A DNA stretch of 64,000 nt, taken from Elusimicrobiota bacterium (GTDB taxonomy: Bacteria > Elusimicrobiota > Elusimicrobia > UBA1565). Positions 39,355-49,414 of this stretch are shown in pieces. The position numbers were made by a program, and so were the translations under genes. Below the pieces are notes generated by a model, which saw nothing but the letters and a program-made list of their open reading frames with translations, did no database searches and was not told the DNA's origin. How positions within the stretch are numbered: the first letter of the stretch is position 1; every line of letters starts with the position of its first letter. The stretch is from contig JBDRPD010000050.1 in the NCBI GenBank assembly GCA_043827405.1, positions 1 to 64,000 on the forward strand, given 5' to 3'.

Positions 39355-40383
39355 ATGATACGCAGGTACTGGAGCGCCCTATTGGCGGCCGCAGCTGCGG
39401 CCGTATTATCCGCCCCGCTCGACGCCGCGGCCGGAAGCTACGGCGCCGCCGCGGCCGCCGACGAGCCGGTCGTCGTCCATGCCAAAGTCGACTATCTCGA
39501 TTCGGCGGTCGATGACCTGCGGGATGCGGTGCGCAACGACGGCTACTCGGACAACGACGTTCACGCCAAGGCCTCGGTTCTGTTCGGGAGCATCGTGCGC
39601 AAGGACTCCACCGCCATCGGCACCCTGCACGTCCGCGGCTGGGCCAAGCCCAGCATTCACACCACGGCTTTCCGGACCGGGCAGAGCCGCGAGAACATCA
39701 CGGTCGACGGGATGTCCGCGGCGGTATATAAAACCTTGATGGCTTCGGACGTGCCGCCGCCGACCGAGATCATGGACGCTTACGTCTACGGCGAGGACCT
39801 CGAAAAGGACGGCCTGAAGAATTACGACGACGGAAAGATTCTGGGCCGGGGCCAGCTCGGCGTCTATATGTACCGGGGCAGCGAGAAGGTGGGCGTTTAC
39901 TTCAACAAGTTCATGCGCAGCGTCCAGGCCTGGGTCGGCAATGAGTTCGCCGCCGCCACGGACATGCATGAGAGCGCCCATTCGCGCGACCATACCAAGG
40001 GCGAACTCAACCCGGTCGAAGTGCGCCGCGGCGAAGTCCTGGCCTACAAGACCGAATACCTGTGGCTGAACCTCATGGACCCGACCGGACAAAAGCTGTC
40101 GTGGGCACGCGCCACCTTCGGCAAGTTCGCGCAGGGAGCGGACAAGGCGCCGGAATTTGTTAGTGAGTATCTGGAGCACCTAGCGAAGATTCGCTATTAC
40201 GGAAACAAGGACGACTTTTTAGGGCTCGTAGACGAGCTGGGGTACCGGGATAAGCACAACCATGCCGGAGCCCCCCATGGAAGCGATGCGCCCGGCCGCC
40301 GAGATGACGCAGAGAAAGCGGAGCGCCCGGGTGAAGAGGATGGCCCGCCCGCACTCGTACAGTACGTTAATTTCCCGGGCTGA
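39355..40383 (+). CDS. secreted HExxH zincin-like hypothetical protein
   Basis: Signal peptide; MHESAH followed by GEVLAY. Confidence 0.65.
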   Translation: MIRRYWSALLAAAAAAVLSAPLDAAAGSYGAAAAADEPVVVHAKVDYLDSAVDDLRDAVRNDGYSDNDVHAKASVLFGSIVRKDSTAIGTLHVRGWAKPSIHTTAFRTGQSRENITVDGMSAAVYKTLMASDVPPPTEIMDAYVYGEDLEKDGLKNYDDGKILGRGQLGVYMYRGSEKVGVYFNKFMRSVQAWVGNEFAAATDMHESAHSRDHTKGELNPVEVRRGEVLAYKTEYLWLNLMDPTGQKLSWARATFGKFAQGADKAPEFVSEYLEHLAKIRYYGNKDDFLGLVDELGYRDKHNHAGAPHGSDAPGRRDDAEKAERPGEEDGPPALVQYVNFPG

Positions 40384-40441
40384 CCACCGCCGGCTTCCTC
40401 TCCTAACAACCGTCCCGCAAAATGATATAAGAGGTACTTCT

Positions 40442-41584
40442 ATGGCTATTCTTTCAAGCCGGGACGAGCAGATATCCGTCACCTGCGCGATTCTGAAAGA
40501 CGATGTCCGCAAACGCTTTTTCGCCGCCCTGCGCAAAAAGGGCGGTAATCCGGAGCGTATTGCCCGGGTCTGCGACACCGGCGCCGGGGTCGTCAATAAC
40601 TGGATCACGGGCTCAACCAAGCTCCCCTACAACACGCTGCAAATGCTCGCCGCGGAGTTCAACGTGGCGCTGCCCGAAATCAGCGAGCTGCGCAAGGAGT
40701 ACCAAATAGTCTCCGGCGGCCACAAAAGGAAGCGGGAGCCGAAGCGGCCGGTCATCCCCGGCCCGCTGCCGGCAGAGCCGAGCGCCGGCGGCCCGCCGCA
40801 AAAACCGCCGCAAGAACCGCGGCGCGAACCCGAACGCGAACCGAAACGTGAATCCAAGCGCACCGCCCGGCGCGGCCGCAAAGCGGAGAAGGCGGCCCCG
40901 CGCCAGGATGAGGCCGCCAAATCGCCGGACAAGCTGACCGACGACCGCGCCTACTGGACGGGTGTGCTGCTCGGCCGCGCCGAGCGCGACGAAACCCATA
41001 TCCGCCTGGCCGCCGGCAAGCGCATCAGCCAGAACTTCGCGGCGACCTGGGCCATCCTCACCGTGAAGGCCTTCGACGTCAAGCCCGAGCTTGCGATGTC
41101 GGAAGACCGTTCGGTCCAAACGGCGACTTTGCCCGCGGCCAGCGTCGCGGCCTTTCTCGACCGCATCGAGTTCAAGCCGGGCACCCGGCCGGACAGCGCT
41201 CCCGGGGCTCCCCGCTGGGTTTGGTCCAACCCGGACTGGAAAAAAGAATTCCTCAAGGGGCTGGTGGACTCCTGCGCGCAGTTTCAGCGCACGCCGGCGC
41301 TCACCCTGGAGGGGCTGTCGGAGCAGCTGGCGCAGTCGGCGGTCAAGATGTTCGCGTCTTTGGAGCTGACCGCGAAAATAGGTGACGCGAATAAGGTGAC
41401 GCTCGAAGGCGCCGACGCGGTACGCAAGTACGTCGACGAGGTCGGAACGCGCAACCCCAAACTCAAGGACCAGATCGGCTCCCACTTCGGCACCCGCCCC
41501 CAGGGACAAAACCGCGGCCGCTCCTCCGGGCGGCGGCGCGGCGGACGGCGGCGCTCGCAGCAAAGCCGTAAGACGCAGGGCTAG
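40442..41584 (+). CDS. HTH plus degenerate double-LAGLIDADG domain protein
   Basis: XRE-like IARVC...VNNWITG; RAYWTGVLLG; PRWVW...KEFLKGLVDS; KYVDEVGTRNPK. Confidence 0.6.
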   Translation: MAILSSRDEQISVTCAILKDDVRKRFFAALRKKGGNPERIARVCDTGAGVVNNWITGSTKLPYNTLQMLAAEFNVALPEISELRKEYQIVSGGHKRKREPKRPVIPGPLPAEPSAGGPPQKPPQEPRREPEREPKRESKRTARRGRKAEKAAPRQDEAAKSPDKLTDDRAYWTGVLLGRAERDETHIRLAAGKRISQNFAATWAILTVKAFDVKPELAMSEDRSVQTATLPAASVAAFLDRIEFKPGTRPDSAPGAPRWVWSNPDWKKEFLKGLVDSCAQFQRTPALTLEGLSEQLAQSAVKMFASLELTAKIGDANKVTLEGADAVRKYVDEVGTRNPKLKDQIGSHFGTRPQGQNRGRSSGRRRGGRRRSQQSRKTQG

Positions 41585-41601
41585 GCCCGCCCGCCGCCCA
41601 T

Positions 41602-42567
41602 ATGGCCGCGCGCGCGATGCCGAAAAACGACACCGGGACCGACGTTGTGCTCGCTTTGGGATGCGGCTCGGCGCGCGGCCTCGCGCATATCGGCGCGATC
41701 CGGGAGTTGGAGAGGGCCGGCTACAATATCCGCGGGGTCGCCGGCAGCAGCATCGGGGCGGTGATCGGCGCGCTCTACTGCGCCGGGGCGCTCGGAGAGT
41801 ACGAGAAGTATGTACTCTCCCTCAACTGGAAGAGCGTCCTGCGCATGCTCGACCCCGTCTTCCCGACGGCGGGCCTGCTGGGCGGGGACCATCTCAAAAA
41901 GATGATCGCCCAATTCATCGGCGAGCGCGACATCGAAGACCTCGACATCCCGTTCTGCGCGGTCGCCTCCGATCTGGCCACCGGCGAGGAAGTGCGCCTG
42001 CGCAAAGGGCCGGTGGAGCAGATGGTGCGGGCGAGCTTCGCCGTCCCGGGGATATTCACGCCGGTTGAGTGGCAGGGAGAGTATCTCGTGGACGGCGGCG
42101 TAAGCAGCCCCGTCCCCGTCGGCGCCGCGCGGGAGCTGGCCGACGCCGAGCTGCCGGTGATCGCGATCGACGTAAACGCCGGCCCGCGCCGGACCCGCAC
42201 GCCGGGAAAGGTCATCCCGCCGAGCAAGCCTCCGCCCTCCAGCGGCTACTTCGACGCCTTCCTCAAGCCGTTCGGCGCCAAGCAGGAAAGCGGGCCGGGG
42301 CTCTTCTCTTCGCTGAGCGACTGCGTCGCTCATGTCCAGCACCGCCTCACGGTGCTGCAGCTGGAGCGTGACATTCCGGACTACCTCATCGAAACCGACC
42401 TCGGCAGCGTCGGGATGTTCGACTATCACCGCGCCGAAGGACTTATCCGCGCGGGACGGCGGGCCGCCAAGCGGGCGCTCAGGACCGGACGCCGGCGCCG
42501 CGGACGGCTTAAGCCGATGATCCGGCGCTGGCTCCCGGCCTGGGCGCTCGACGCGATCACCGAATGA
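41602..42567 (+). CDS. patatin-like phospholipase (RssA/NTE family)
   Basis: GCGSARGLAHIG, GSSIG, DGG. Confidence 0.92.
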   Translation: MAARAMPKNDTGTDVVLALGCGSARGLAHIGAIRELERAGYNIRGVAGSSIGAVIGALYCAGALGEYEKYVLSLNWKSVLRMLDPVFPTAGLLGGDHLKKMIAQFIGERDIEDLDIPFCAVASDLATGEEVRLRKGPVEQMVRASFAVPGIFTPVEWQGEYLVDGGVSSPVPVGAARELADAELPVIAIDVNAGPRRTRTPGKVIPPSKPPPSSGYFDAFLKPFGAKQESGPGLFSSLSDCVAHVQHRLTVLQLERDIPDYLIETDLGSVGMFDYHRAEGLIRAGRRAAKRALRTGRRRRGRLKPMIRRWLPAWALDAITE

Positions 42568-42568
42568 G

Positions 42569-43078
42569 ATGAGCCGGGCATTCGTTAAAGAAGACTCCGG
42601 CGAAGAGGACGATCTTCCCGATCGTCCGCAGCCACCGGGCCCCAATTACGTCACTCCCCGGGGAAACAGGCTTCTGCGGGAGCGGCTGGAAGCGCTGGCC
42701 GCCGAGCGCTCCCGGTTCCCGGCCGGAGCGGACGACGGCGAACTGCGCCGTCGGCGGCGCATGGTCGAGCGGGAGATCCGCTACTACCGGGGGCGGGCGG
42801 AAACCGCGGTGGTCGTGGACCATGCGGACAACCCGCCGGAGGATGTCCGCATCGGCGCGGAGATTGAGGCCGCGGATGAGAGCGGACATAAGCGCCGCTT
42901 CTTTATCGTAGGTCACGATGAGGCGGATCCGGAGAACGGCCGGATCAGCTGGGCCTCCCCCTTGGCGGGCTTGCTGCTTGGCCGCAAAGCCGGGGATGAA
43001 GCCGTCTGGAAGAAGCCCGGCGGCGAAACGCGTCTGCGCATCACAGCCGTCCGCTATACCGGGGACGGGGGAGCGTAG
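42569..43078 (+). CDS. GreA/GreB family protein
   Basis: MSRAFVKED, NYVTPRG, IVGHDEADP...ISWASPLA. Confidence 0.88.
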   Translation: MSRAFVKEDSGEEDDLPDRPQPPGPNYVTPRGNRLLRERLEALAAERSRFPAGADDGELRRRRRMVEREIRYYRGRAETAVVVDHADNPPEDVRIGAEIEAADESGHKRRFFIVGHDEADPENGRISWASPLAGLLLGRKAGDEAVWKKPGGETRLRITAVRYTGDGGA

Positions 43079-43143
43079 TGCGAATCGCCCCGCGTTTTTT
43101 GTAGATTCTGCGTAAATTATCCCAAACCGCCTTCGGAGGAAGC

Positions 43144-44043
43144 ATGGATCGATCCCTTATCGCCGCCGCCCTGCTGTTGCTGGCCGGCGGCGTTTATGCC
43201 GGACCTGTAAAGTACAACGCCGGCGAGTTCACAGACACGGCCAAAATGGCCAAAAAGCTCACCGCCGGCAAGCAGCTAAAAAAGCTCAAGAAATGGAACG
43301 TCTCGAATATCATCATCACCGAATGCGTCGGCGAGTTCATGCAGTCCCGCGAGGTCTCCGCGGGCGCCATGGAATCCCGCTGGTCGGACTTTACAATCAA
43401 AACCCAAAGCACGATCGACCTGGGCGGGGACTACTACAACTCCGTAGCCGACCGGGTCTATACCCTGGTCCAGAAAGCCTTCGAGGACAACGGCTTCTCT
43501 TTCGTGTCGAAAGAGAGCCTGATGGAAAACGAGCGTTATCAGAAACTAAACCTCGAGTTTGAGAAGAAGACCCGAGGCTACACCGGCGGAGTGATGAAGC
43601 AGAGCGTCACCACCAAGGGCATGAAGCGCTCCGCCACCGGCCTGGGCATCTATCCCTCGAACCCGCTCACGGCCATCAAGCTGGCCGTCGGCGTCGCGGA
43701 CATGACCGCCGAGATCAAGGCGGACTCGGCCATGCGCATCAAGTTCTACGTCGACAAGGGGAAAAATGGAACGCCGGTCTTAAAGACCTTCGAGGTATTG
43801 ATCAGCGGGGATCTGCGGGGCGAGGAAGTCGGCTTCAAAGGCCACAAGAAGATGTCCTACGGCTTCCGCCGGCAGGACGAGAATATTTTTGCCCTGGAAA
43901 AACCCATCACCAGCACGGTGGATATTCAGGGTGAGGGGAAGGGTTCGGTCGACATGAAGAAATACGACGAGGCCCTCTTTGCAATCGTCGGGTCCGTGGT
44001 CGACATGCTCGGCCACAGCCTTAAGGAGGCGAGCGGCGCGTAG
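43144..44043 (+). CDS. secreted hypothetical protein
   Basis: GGAGG SD; signal peptide; host-like codon usage. Confidence 0.75.
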   Translation: MDRSLIAAALLLLAGGVYAGPVKYNAGEFTDTAKMAKKLTAGKQLKKLKKWNVSNIIITECVGEFMQSREVSAGAMESRWSDFTIKTQSTIDLGGDYYNSVADRVYTLVQKAFEDNGFSFVSKESLMENERYQKLNLEFEKKTRGYTGGVMKQSVTTKGMKRSATGLGIYPSNPLTAIKLAVGVADMTAEIKADSAMRIKFYVDKGKNGTPVLKTFEVLISGDLRGEEVGFKGHKKMSYGFRRQDENIFALEKPITSTVDIQGEGKGSVDMKKYDEALFAIVGSVVDMLGHSLKEASGA

Positions 44044-44094
44044 CCGGCGGACATCGGCGTCGGCTTCGCCGCTTAACCCGGAAGCCCTGCTGCG

Positions 44095-45333
44095 CTATTG
44101 GCGGCAGGGCTTCCGATTGTATGGGCGAATGAACGCCGCGACCACCGCTGCGGCCAGGCACAGTACTCCGCATAGGGTAAAGGCCAGGGGGAAGTTCCCC
44201 TGATCTCCAAGGCGGCCGCCGATGATGGGACCGAGAATGCCGCCGAACCCGTAGGAAAGAAACACCCACCCGTAATTCTGGGCCAGGAACTTGGTCCCGA
44301 AGCAATCGGCCGTAATGGTGGGAAACAGGGAGAAGTTCCCGCCGAAGTTAAAGCCGATAACGGCGGCTCCCAGATAGAGCAGGCCCGGGGTGCAGGCCAT
44401 CCACTGAAACAGAATAACGGCGCAGCCCTGCATGGCCGTCATCAAGACCAGCGCAAGCCTGCGGCCGATATAATCGCTGATCGTCCCCCAGAGAATGCGG
44501 CCCAGCCCGTGGGCGACCGAGAAGAATACCGCCATGGCGGTCCCGGCGATAGCCGAGGCTTCCGCCGGCGCGATCCCGTTGGCGCCCAGCGCCTCCAGCG
44601 GGAAGAGCTTCATGAGCCCGATGCACATCAAGCCCGCGCTTGAACCGCACATGAAGGTCGCGAAGATCAGGTAGAACTGCGGGGTCCGGAGCATCCGGCC
44701 GCTGTCGAGATCGCCGGTCGCTGACGGCTCCTCCGCCCCCTGCGCGGCGGGTCCTGCAGACGGGAAGCGCATCCAGATTCCGCCGATCAAGACGGCGATA
44801 AAGAAGATCAGCCCGTAGAGCATGAAGGTCCTGCCCAGACCGATGCTCGCGAGCAGTCCGCCCCAGGTTCCCGCGAGCTTGACCCAAAGCATGGCTCCAA
44901 AGCCGAAGCCCGCCACCGCGAGGCCGGTAATCATTCCTTTCTGGTCCGGAAACCAGCGTACGCCGACCGCGATCGGCACCACATAGGCCAACCCGATCCC
45001 GCTGCCGCCGACCACGCCGACAAACAGCAGCACCGGCCAAAAAGAGAGCGGCGCGACCGCCCCGCCCAAGAAATAGCCGCCCCCCAGGACCGCTCCGCCC
45101 GCCCAAGTGAGCAGGCGCGGCCCGAACACCGGCATCAGGCGACCCGCGAGGACCATGACGACGGCGAAGGACGCCAGCCCGGCGGCGAAGACCATTTGGG
45201 TCTCGCCCCTGCTCCACCCCGCGGCGGTAAGCGCGGGCGTAAAGACCGACCAGGCATAGATGGCTCCGAGGCAGAGCTGAATAAGCAGCGCGCCCAAAAC
45301 CACTCCCCAGCGGTTATGCTCCGATATCCTCAT
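44095..45333 (-). CDS. OFA (oxalate/formate antiporter) family MFS transporter
   Basis: LGAIYAWSVF, WFPDQKGMITG, GRILWGTISD. Confidence 0.9.
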   Translation of the reverse strand: MRISEHNRWGVVLGALLIQLCLGAIYAWSVFTPALTAAGWSRGETQMVFAAGLASFAVVMVLAGRLMPVFGPRLLTWAGGAVLGGGYFLGGAVAPLSFWPVLLFVGVVGGSGIGLAYVVPIAVGVRWFPDQKGMITGLAVAGFGFGAMLWVKLAGTWGGLLASIGLGRTFMLYGLIFFIAVLIGGIWMRFPSAGPAAQGAEEPSATGDLDSGRMLRTPQFYLIFATFMCGSSAGLMCIGLMKLFPLEALGANGIAPAEASAIAGTAMAVFFSVAHGLGRILWGTISDYIGRRLALVLMTAMQGCAVILFQWMACTPGLLYLGAAVIGFNFGGNFSLFPTITADCFGTKFLAQNYGWVFLSYGFGGILGPIIGGRLGDQGNFPLAFTLCGVLCLAAAVVAAFIRPYNRKPCRQ

Positions 45334-45763
45334 TCCATAATTCCGGCTGGTTTTGGATGAATGTCCGCATCATGGTCCTGCATTCTTCGCTATCGAGGTT
45401 GATCAGGGTTATGCCCCTCTTGCGGGAATACGCCTCCGGCCCGCGAAAGGTCTTGTTCTCGCCCATGACGACCCGGGGGATCTTGTAGAGCAAAATCGCG
45501 CCCGTGCACATGTCGCAGGGAGAGAGCGTGGAGTAGATGACGCACTTTTTGTAATCCTTGGCTTTCAGCCGTCCCGCCCGCTCCAGGCAATCCATCTCGG
45601 CGTGCAGAATCGATGATTTTTTCTGTACCCGGCGGTTATGCCCGCGGCCGATAATCCTGCCTCCCTTTACCAGCACGGATCCGATCGGGATGCCGCCCTC
45701 TTTTTCGCCCTTGCGGGCTTCCTTGATCGCTTCTTTCATGAACCGTATATGGCTGGACTTCAT
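45314..45763 (-). CDS. cytosine/nucleoside deaminase (FCY1-like)
   Basis: EGGIPIGSVL, HAE, PCDMC, WNEDIG. Confidence 0.9.
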   Translation of the reverse strand: MKSSHIRFMKEAIKEARKGEKEGGIPIGSVLVKGGRIIGRGHNRRVQKKSSILHAEMDCLERAGRLKAKDYKKCVIYSTLSPCDMCTGAILLYKIPRVVMGENKTFRGPEAYSRKRGITLINLDSEECRTMMRTFIQNQPELWNEDIGA

Positions 45764-45873
45764 AGGGGAAAATCCTCTATCTGGAGGTGAGGGATATAAG
45801 GCCGGAATGGCTCGGATTATAACAATATCCGCCGCCATGACTCCCATCCTCCGAAATAGCTATGATCCATCGC

Positions 45874-46641
45874 ATGGATGATCTGGCGAAGCTTAAGGCC
45901 GGGATAGACTTCTCTTTGACGGGGCTGAAACTGATCAACGAGGCCGCCCGCAAGGAGGGGCATCTGCTCACCGGCCCCTATGCAAACTGGCTCGACCGGG
46001 CCGCCGGGAACTGCGCCGAAAGCGCGGACGCAAAGGATCCCTTGGCCGCTTTACGCACCGCCTTCCAGCATTGCGACATCCTCCTGCGGGCCATGGATAG
46101 GCTGCCTCCGGACATCCACGAGCTCATCGAGCGCTTCGAGGAGACGGCCCAGGCGCTCAACGGCCTGCGTCCCCGGTTGGGCGACCGCGGCATTGACCGC
46201 GTAGTCGCGGCCGCGATAAAGGCGGACGATGAGACCCAGAGCTGCGGCGGGTGCAAGAGCTGCGGCGGGGACCAAAAGGAAGACGCGGTCCCGCCCGTCG
46301 TATTGTTCGTGGACGAAGTATTCAAGGACGCCCTGCGCAAGAAGGCGGACGAGATCGAGCTCGCCCCCGCCAAGGACGTCGTGCTCCTCCAGTATCGGTT
46401 CCCGGACCGGACGCTCCCGGTCGTTGAGGTCTCCGCCCGGCTCGGCATGCTGGCCGCCGCACGCATTAAGGTAATGGCGCGGCTGGATATCCGCAACCGG
46501 GAACGGCCCCAGCAAGGGGTGATCAGCGGCTACCCGAACGGACCGAAGGACATCCCGGTCGGCATATGGCCCAGGCGGGGCGCGGAGCGGGTTCTCGCGC
46601 GCCTGGTTCCGGGAAAGTTCTCCACTCCCGGCGCGCGCTAG
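45874..46641 (+). CDS. hypothetical protein with a GspE/PilB N-terminal-like domain and no ATPase
   Basis: PVVLFVD...ARIKVMARLDI...RPQQG; CGGCKSC linker. Confidence 0.6.
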   Translation: MDDLAKLKAGIDFSLTGLKLINEAARKEGHLLTGPYANWLDRAAGNCAESADAKDPLAALRTAFQHCDILLRAMDRLPPDIHELIERFEETAQALNGLRPRLGDRGIDRVVAAAIKADDETQSCGGCKSCGGDQKEDAVPPVVLFVDEVFKDALRKKADEIELAPAKDVVLLQYRFPDRTLPVVEVSARLGMLAAARIKVMARLDIRNRERPQQGVISGYPNGPKDIPVGIWPRRGAERVLARLVPGKFSTPGAR

Positions 46642-46680
46642 CTTTCCCGTTCTGACGGATTTCGCGCCGCTCCCTGAAGC

Positions 46681-47244
46681 TCAGTCCGCCAGCTCGATGG
46701 ATATCTCGAGGTACGCCGGAGATTCCACCACGACGGTCTTCTTGCCCCGGACCAGCGAGAAGGAAGACTGCCACTGCCAGGTGGAGATATCCGGCACCTC
46801 GTTATCGGACACCTTGATGCCCGGGGTCGGGCCGGAGAGCTCCACCTGGAGCTGCACCGAAACCCTCTTGTCGTCGTTCGGGTCCAGGATCGGCAGGACG
46901 TTGACGATGAACCCCACCTTCTTGAACTCGACGCCTTCCCCCTGCGAGTTCCTGACGAGATGGGCCTTGTCTCCGCCGGTTATGAAGTTGGCCTGGGTTC
47001 CGTTGCCCATAGTGAACCGGGCGGCCCCGCGGAGATCGAGGTACTTGGCCGCGACGTCCACCTTAAGATTCGTCTCATCCAAGGGAGCGGCGGGCTTTAT
47101 TGCGGCCGCGCGCCGGCTCACGCGCCGGGGGAGTTCCCCCACCATGTTCCGCGAGCGGGTGGTCGGTGCGGCCTCGGCGCCGAGCGCGGCGGCGGGACCC
47201 AGCAGGGACCAGAAAACGGCCAGCGACAGAATGGTCTTGCTCAT
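46681..47244 (-). CDS. exported protein resembling a secretin C-terminal segment
   Basis: Signal peptide; FITGG...VEFKKVGFIVNVLP. Confidence 0.55.
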   Translation of the reverse strand: MSKTILSLAVFWSLLGPAAALGAEAAPTTRSRNMVGELPRRVSRRAAAIKPAAPLDETNLKVDVAAKYLDLRGAARFTMGNGTQANFITGGDKAHLVRNSQGEGVEFKKVGFIVNVLPILDPNDDKRVSVQLQVELSGPTPGIKVSDNEVPDISTWQWQSSFSLVRGKKTVVVESPAYLEISIELAD

Positions 47245-47342
47245 ACGTCCTCCCGGCTCCGGGCAGGCGGCATTATCACGCAACGCCGACAAACACCCCC
47301 CGGAGGTCGGCCTATCATACCATGTGCCGCGGGGCATTGCCC

Positions 47343-47422
47343 GAATTGAACCCCCGGCTCTGGAAAACCATACTGTAACCCGCCGGAAGCGTGAGCGGTT
47401 GAAACGGACGCTCTCGAAAAGT
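47343..47422 (+). pseudogene. degenerate copy of the tRNA-Ser(CGA) promoter and 5' half
   Basis: TTGAAC-N17-CATACT then GGAAG-CGTGAGCGGTTGAAACGGACGCTCTCGAAAAGT; matches 50489-50535 and 50642-50674. Confidence 0.8.
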
Positions 47423-47443
47423 CCCTTTCGGTCCCGAGTCCCC

Positions 47444-47525
47444 GTTCAATTCCGCTCGCCCGCTCCAGATTTTAAGTGACGTGCCGCACGCCGGAGCAAA
47501 GATAGACCAAGGCCTCGGCGTTTTC
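47444..47525 (+). repeat. 82-bp direct repeat, copy 1 (tRNA-Gly 3' end plus flank)
   Basis: Matches 50398-50479 with 2 mismatches. Confidence 0.92.
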
Positions 47526-47545
47526 TTTTGTCCGTCAGAAAATCG

Positions 47546-47641
47546 CTACCATGTCTCGATCAAACTGGTGATGACGAAGGCGAGCAGCACGATGACCGCG
47601 ATGATGATGGTGATCCGTCGTTTCCAGACCGGGCCGATCAC
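47546..47641 (-). CDS. 31-aa single-TM protein coupled to htpX
   Basis: GTGA overlap with the htpX stop; MIGPVWKRRITIIIAVIVLLAFVITSLIETW. Confidence 0.55.
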   Translation of the reverse strand: MIGPVWKRRITIIIAVIVLLAFVITSLIETW

Positions 47642-48537
47642 GCCCGCTCCAGAGCCCGGATTCGCTCCGTCAAAGGAGGATGGCTGGCGTAGAGCTTGGC
47701 GATCCAGCCCCGGGGCTCCCCGTGGATCTTCAACATGGCCAGCGCCGGCTGCTCCCGGTCGACGCGTTTGGAGTTCTCCCTCAGGCTCTCAAGCGCGTGG
47801 ATCATGGCCCGGCGGCTCGTTAATTCAGCTGCGCCGGCATCAGCCCGGTACTCCCGCCACCGTGAGAACGCATAGATGACGGGTGCGGCAAGGAGCATCA
47901 AGACGGTCTCCAGGACCATGACCACCATGATGTAGGCGAAGCCGCCCAGTCCCCGGCTCTCCCGATCGCGGCTCAGGAAGCTGTCGATAGCGAAAGCGAT
48001 GACCCTGGCCAGAAACATGACGAAGGTGTTGACCACGCCCTGGATCAGGGTCATGGTGACCATATCGCCATTCGCGACATGCGCGATCTCATGGCCCAAG
48101 ACGCCCTCGACGGCTGTGTCGTCGAGCCTCTCGAGAAGGCCGGTCGAGACCGCCACCAACGACCGGTCCTTGCTCGGGCCTGTGGCGAACGCGTTAACCT
48201 CCCGGCTAGGATAGACGCCGATCTCGGGGAGCGTCTGCATGCCTGCCCGGGCGCAGAGATGGCGGATCCTCTCGACCAGAAAGGCCTCGATCTCGTTATG
48301 CGGGTTCCCGGGGTCGATCAACTGGACGCCCAGCGCATGCTTGGCGGTCCAACGGGACAGCTGCAGGGAGATGAAGGCGCCGCCAATCCCGAACAGGGCG
48401 CAGAAGACAAGGAGGCTGTCCAGCCGCATCCCCCGCGCGGCGAGATACGAACCAAGCCCGAGCAGGTTCGCGACCACGGAGATCGTCAGTACGACCGCCG
48501 CATTGACGGCCAAGAAGAGGACTACCCGACGGACCAT
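47638..48537 (-). CDS. htpX: protease HtpX
   Basis: NAFATG, HEIAHVANGDMVT, FSRWREYRADAG, SHPPL. Confidence 0.95.
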   Translation of the reverse strand: MVRRVVLFLAVNAAVVLTISVVANLLGLGSYLAARGMRLDSLLVFCALFGIGGAFISLQLSRWTAKHALGVQLIDPGNPHNEIEAFLVERIRHLCARAGMQTLPEIGVYPSREVNAFATGPSKDRSLVAVSTGLLERLDDTAVEGVLGHEIAHVANGDMVTMTLIQGVVNTFVMFLARVIAFAIDSFLSRDRESRGLGGFAYIMVVMVLETVLMLLAAPVIYAFSRWREYRADAGAAELTSRRAMIHALESLRENSKRVDREQPALAMLKIHGEPRGWIAKLYASHPPLTERIRALERA

Positions 48538-48785
48538 CTCTATCACCTCACCGTTGCGTTCCAGGGGCGGCGTGATTCCGCCGCCAGGCGCCGATTGCAG
48601 CTCCTGCCCATGGACCGGCATCTACTTACACTACGCGGAGATGAGTGCAGAGTTCCAACTAAAACGTTACATCCGGGCAGCCCGAGGTCGGTCGACTCAC
48701 CCAACTCAACCCTAGGATTGATGATGAAGAGTCTGTACACTACATTCAGGTTTGGGCACGTGAGCCCGGTGCCGGCAGGAGGCAT

Positions 48786-49373
48786 ATGCTGAATAATTTA
48801 CGGACCTACATCTTGCGCGGGTTTATCCTTCTGATTCCTATTGTCCTATCGGGACTGGCCATCCGGCTTGTGTACGTGGTAATCGATAAGCGGGTCATGG
48901 GCCTAGTGGATGACTTTCTGGGCTTTTCCGTTCCGGGCCTCGGGATCGTGCTGCTCTTGGCGGGTTTGTACCTGGTCGGACTGGCGGGCGGCGGCATGGT
49001 CGCCAAGTACCTGCTGGGAACAATCGAGGGCATCGCCGCCAAGATCCCGTTGGTGAATACGACCTATCAGGTGGGCAAGCAGATCGCCTCGACGCTTACC
49101 TTGCCCGAGCACCAGGTTCTCAAGCGCGCAGTCTTGGTGGGCTACCTACGCCCCGGGATGTGGACCATCGGGTTCGTCACCGGGACGCTTGAAGACGCGC
49201 AGGCCCCCGGGGAGAAGCTTTTAAAGGTCTTCGTGCCGACGCCACCCAATCCCACCACTGGGACCATCATCATCGTCAAAGAGTCCGAGACTCGGGATCC
49301 GGGGTGGACGGTGGAGGAGGCGATGAAGACCGTCATCTCCGCGGGACTGATCGGACCGGAGCGGGTAAATTGA
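48786..49373 (+). CDS. DUF502 membrane protein
   Basis: IPLVNTTY, IGFVT, VFVPTPPNPTTG. Confidence 0.9.
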   Translation: MLNNLRTYILRGFILLIPIVLSGLAIRLVYVVIDKRVMGLVDDFLGFSVPGLGIVLLLAGLYLVGLAGGGMVAKYLLGTIEGIAAKIPLVNTTYQVGKQIASTLTLPEHQVLKRAVLVGYLRPGMWTIGFVTGTLEDAQAPGEKLLKVFVPTPPNPTTGTIIIVKESETRDPGWTVEEAMKTVISAGLIGPERVN

Positions 49374-49414
49374 ATTCTCTGCCCGAACGGCAGTTCTGAA
49401 TCGCTGTCAAACCG

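Noticed and set aside
48540..48785. yybP-ykoY or other riboswitch before htpX/DUF502
   Set aside because: Only a GGCGGCGTGATTCCGCCGCC hairpin is visible; I could not see conserved riboswitch motifs. An Infernal scan would settle it.
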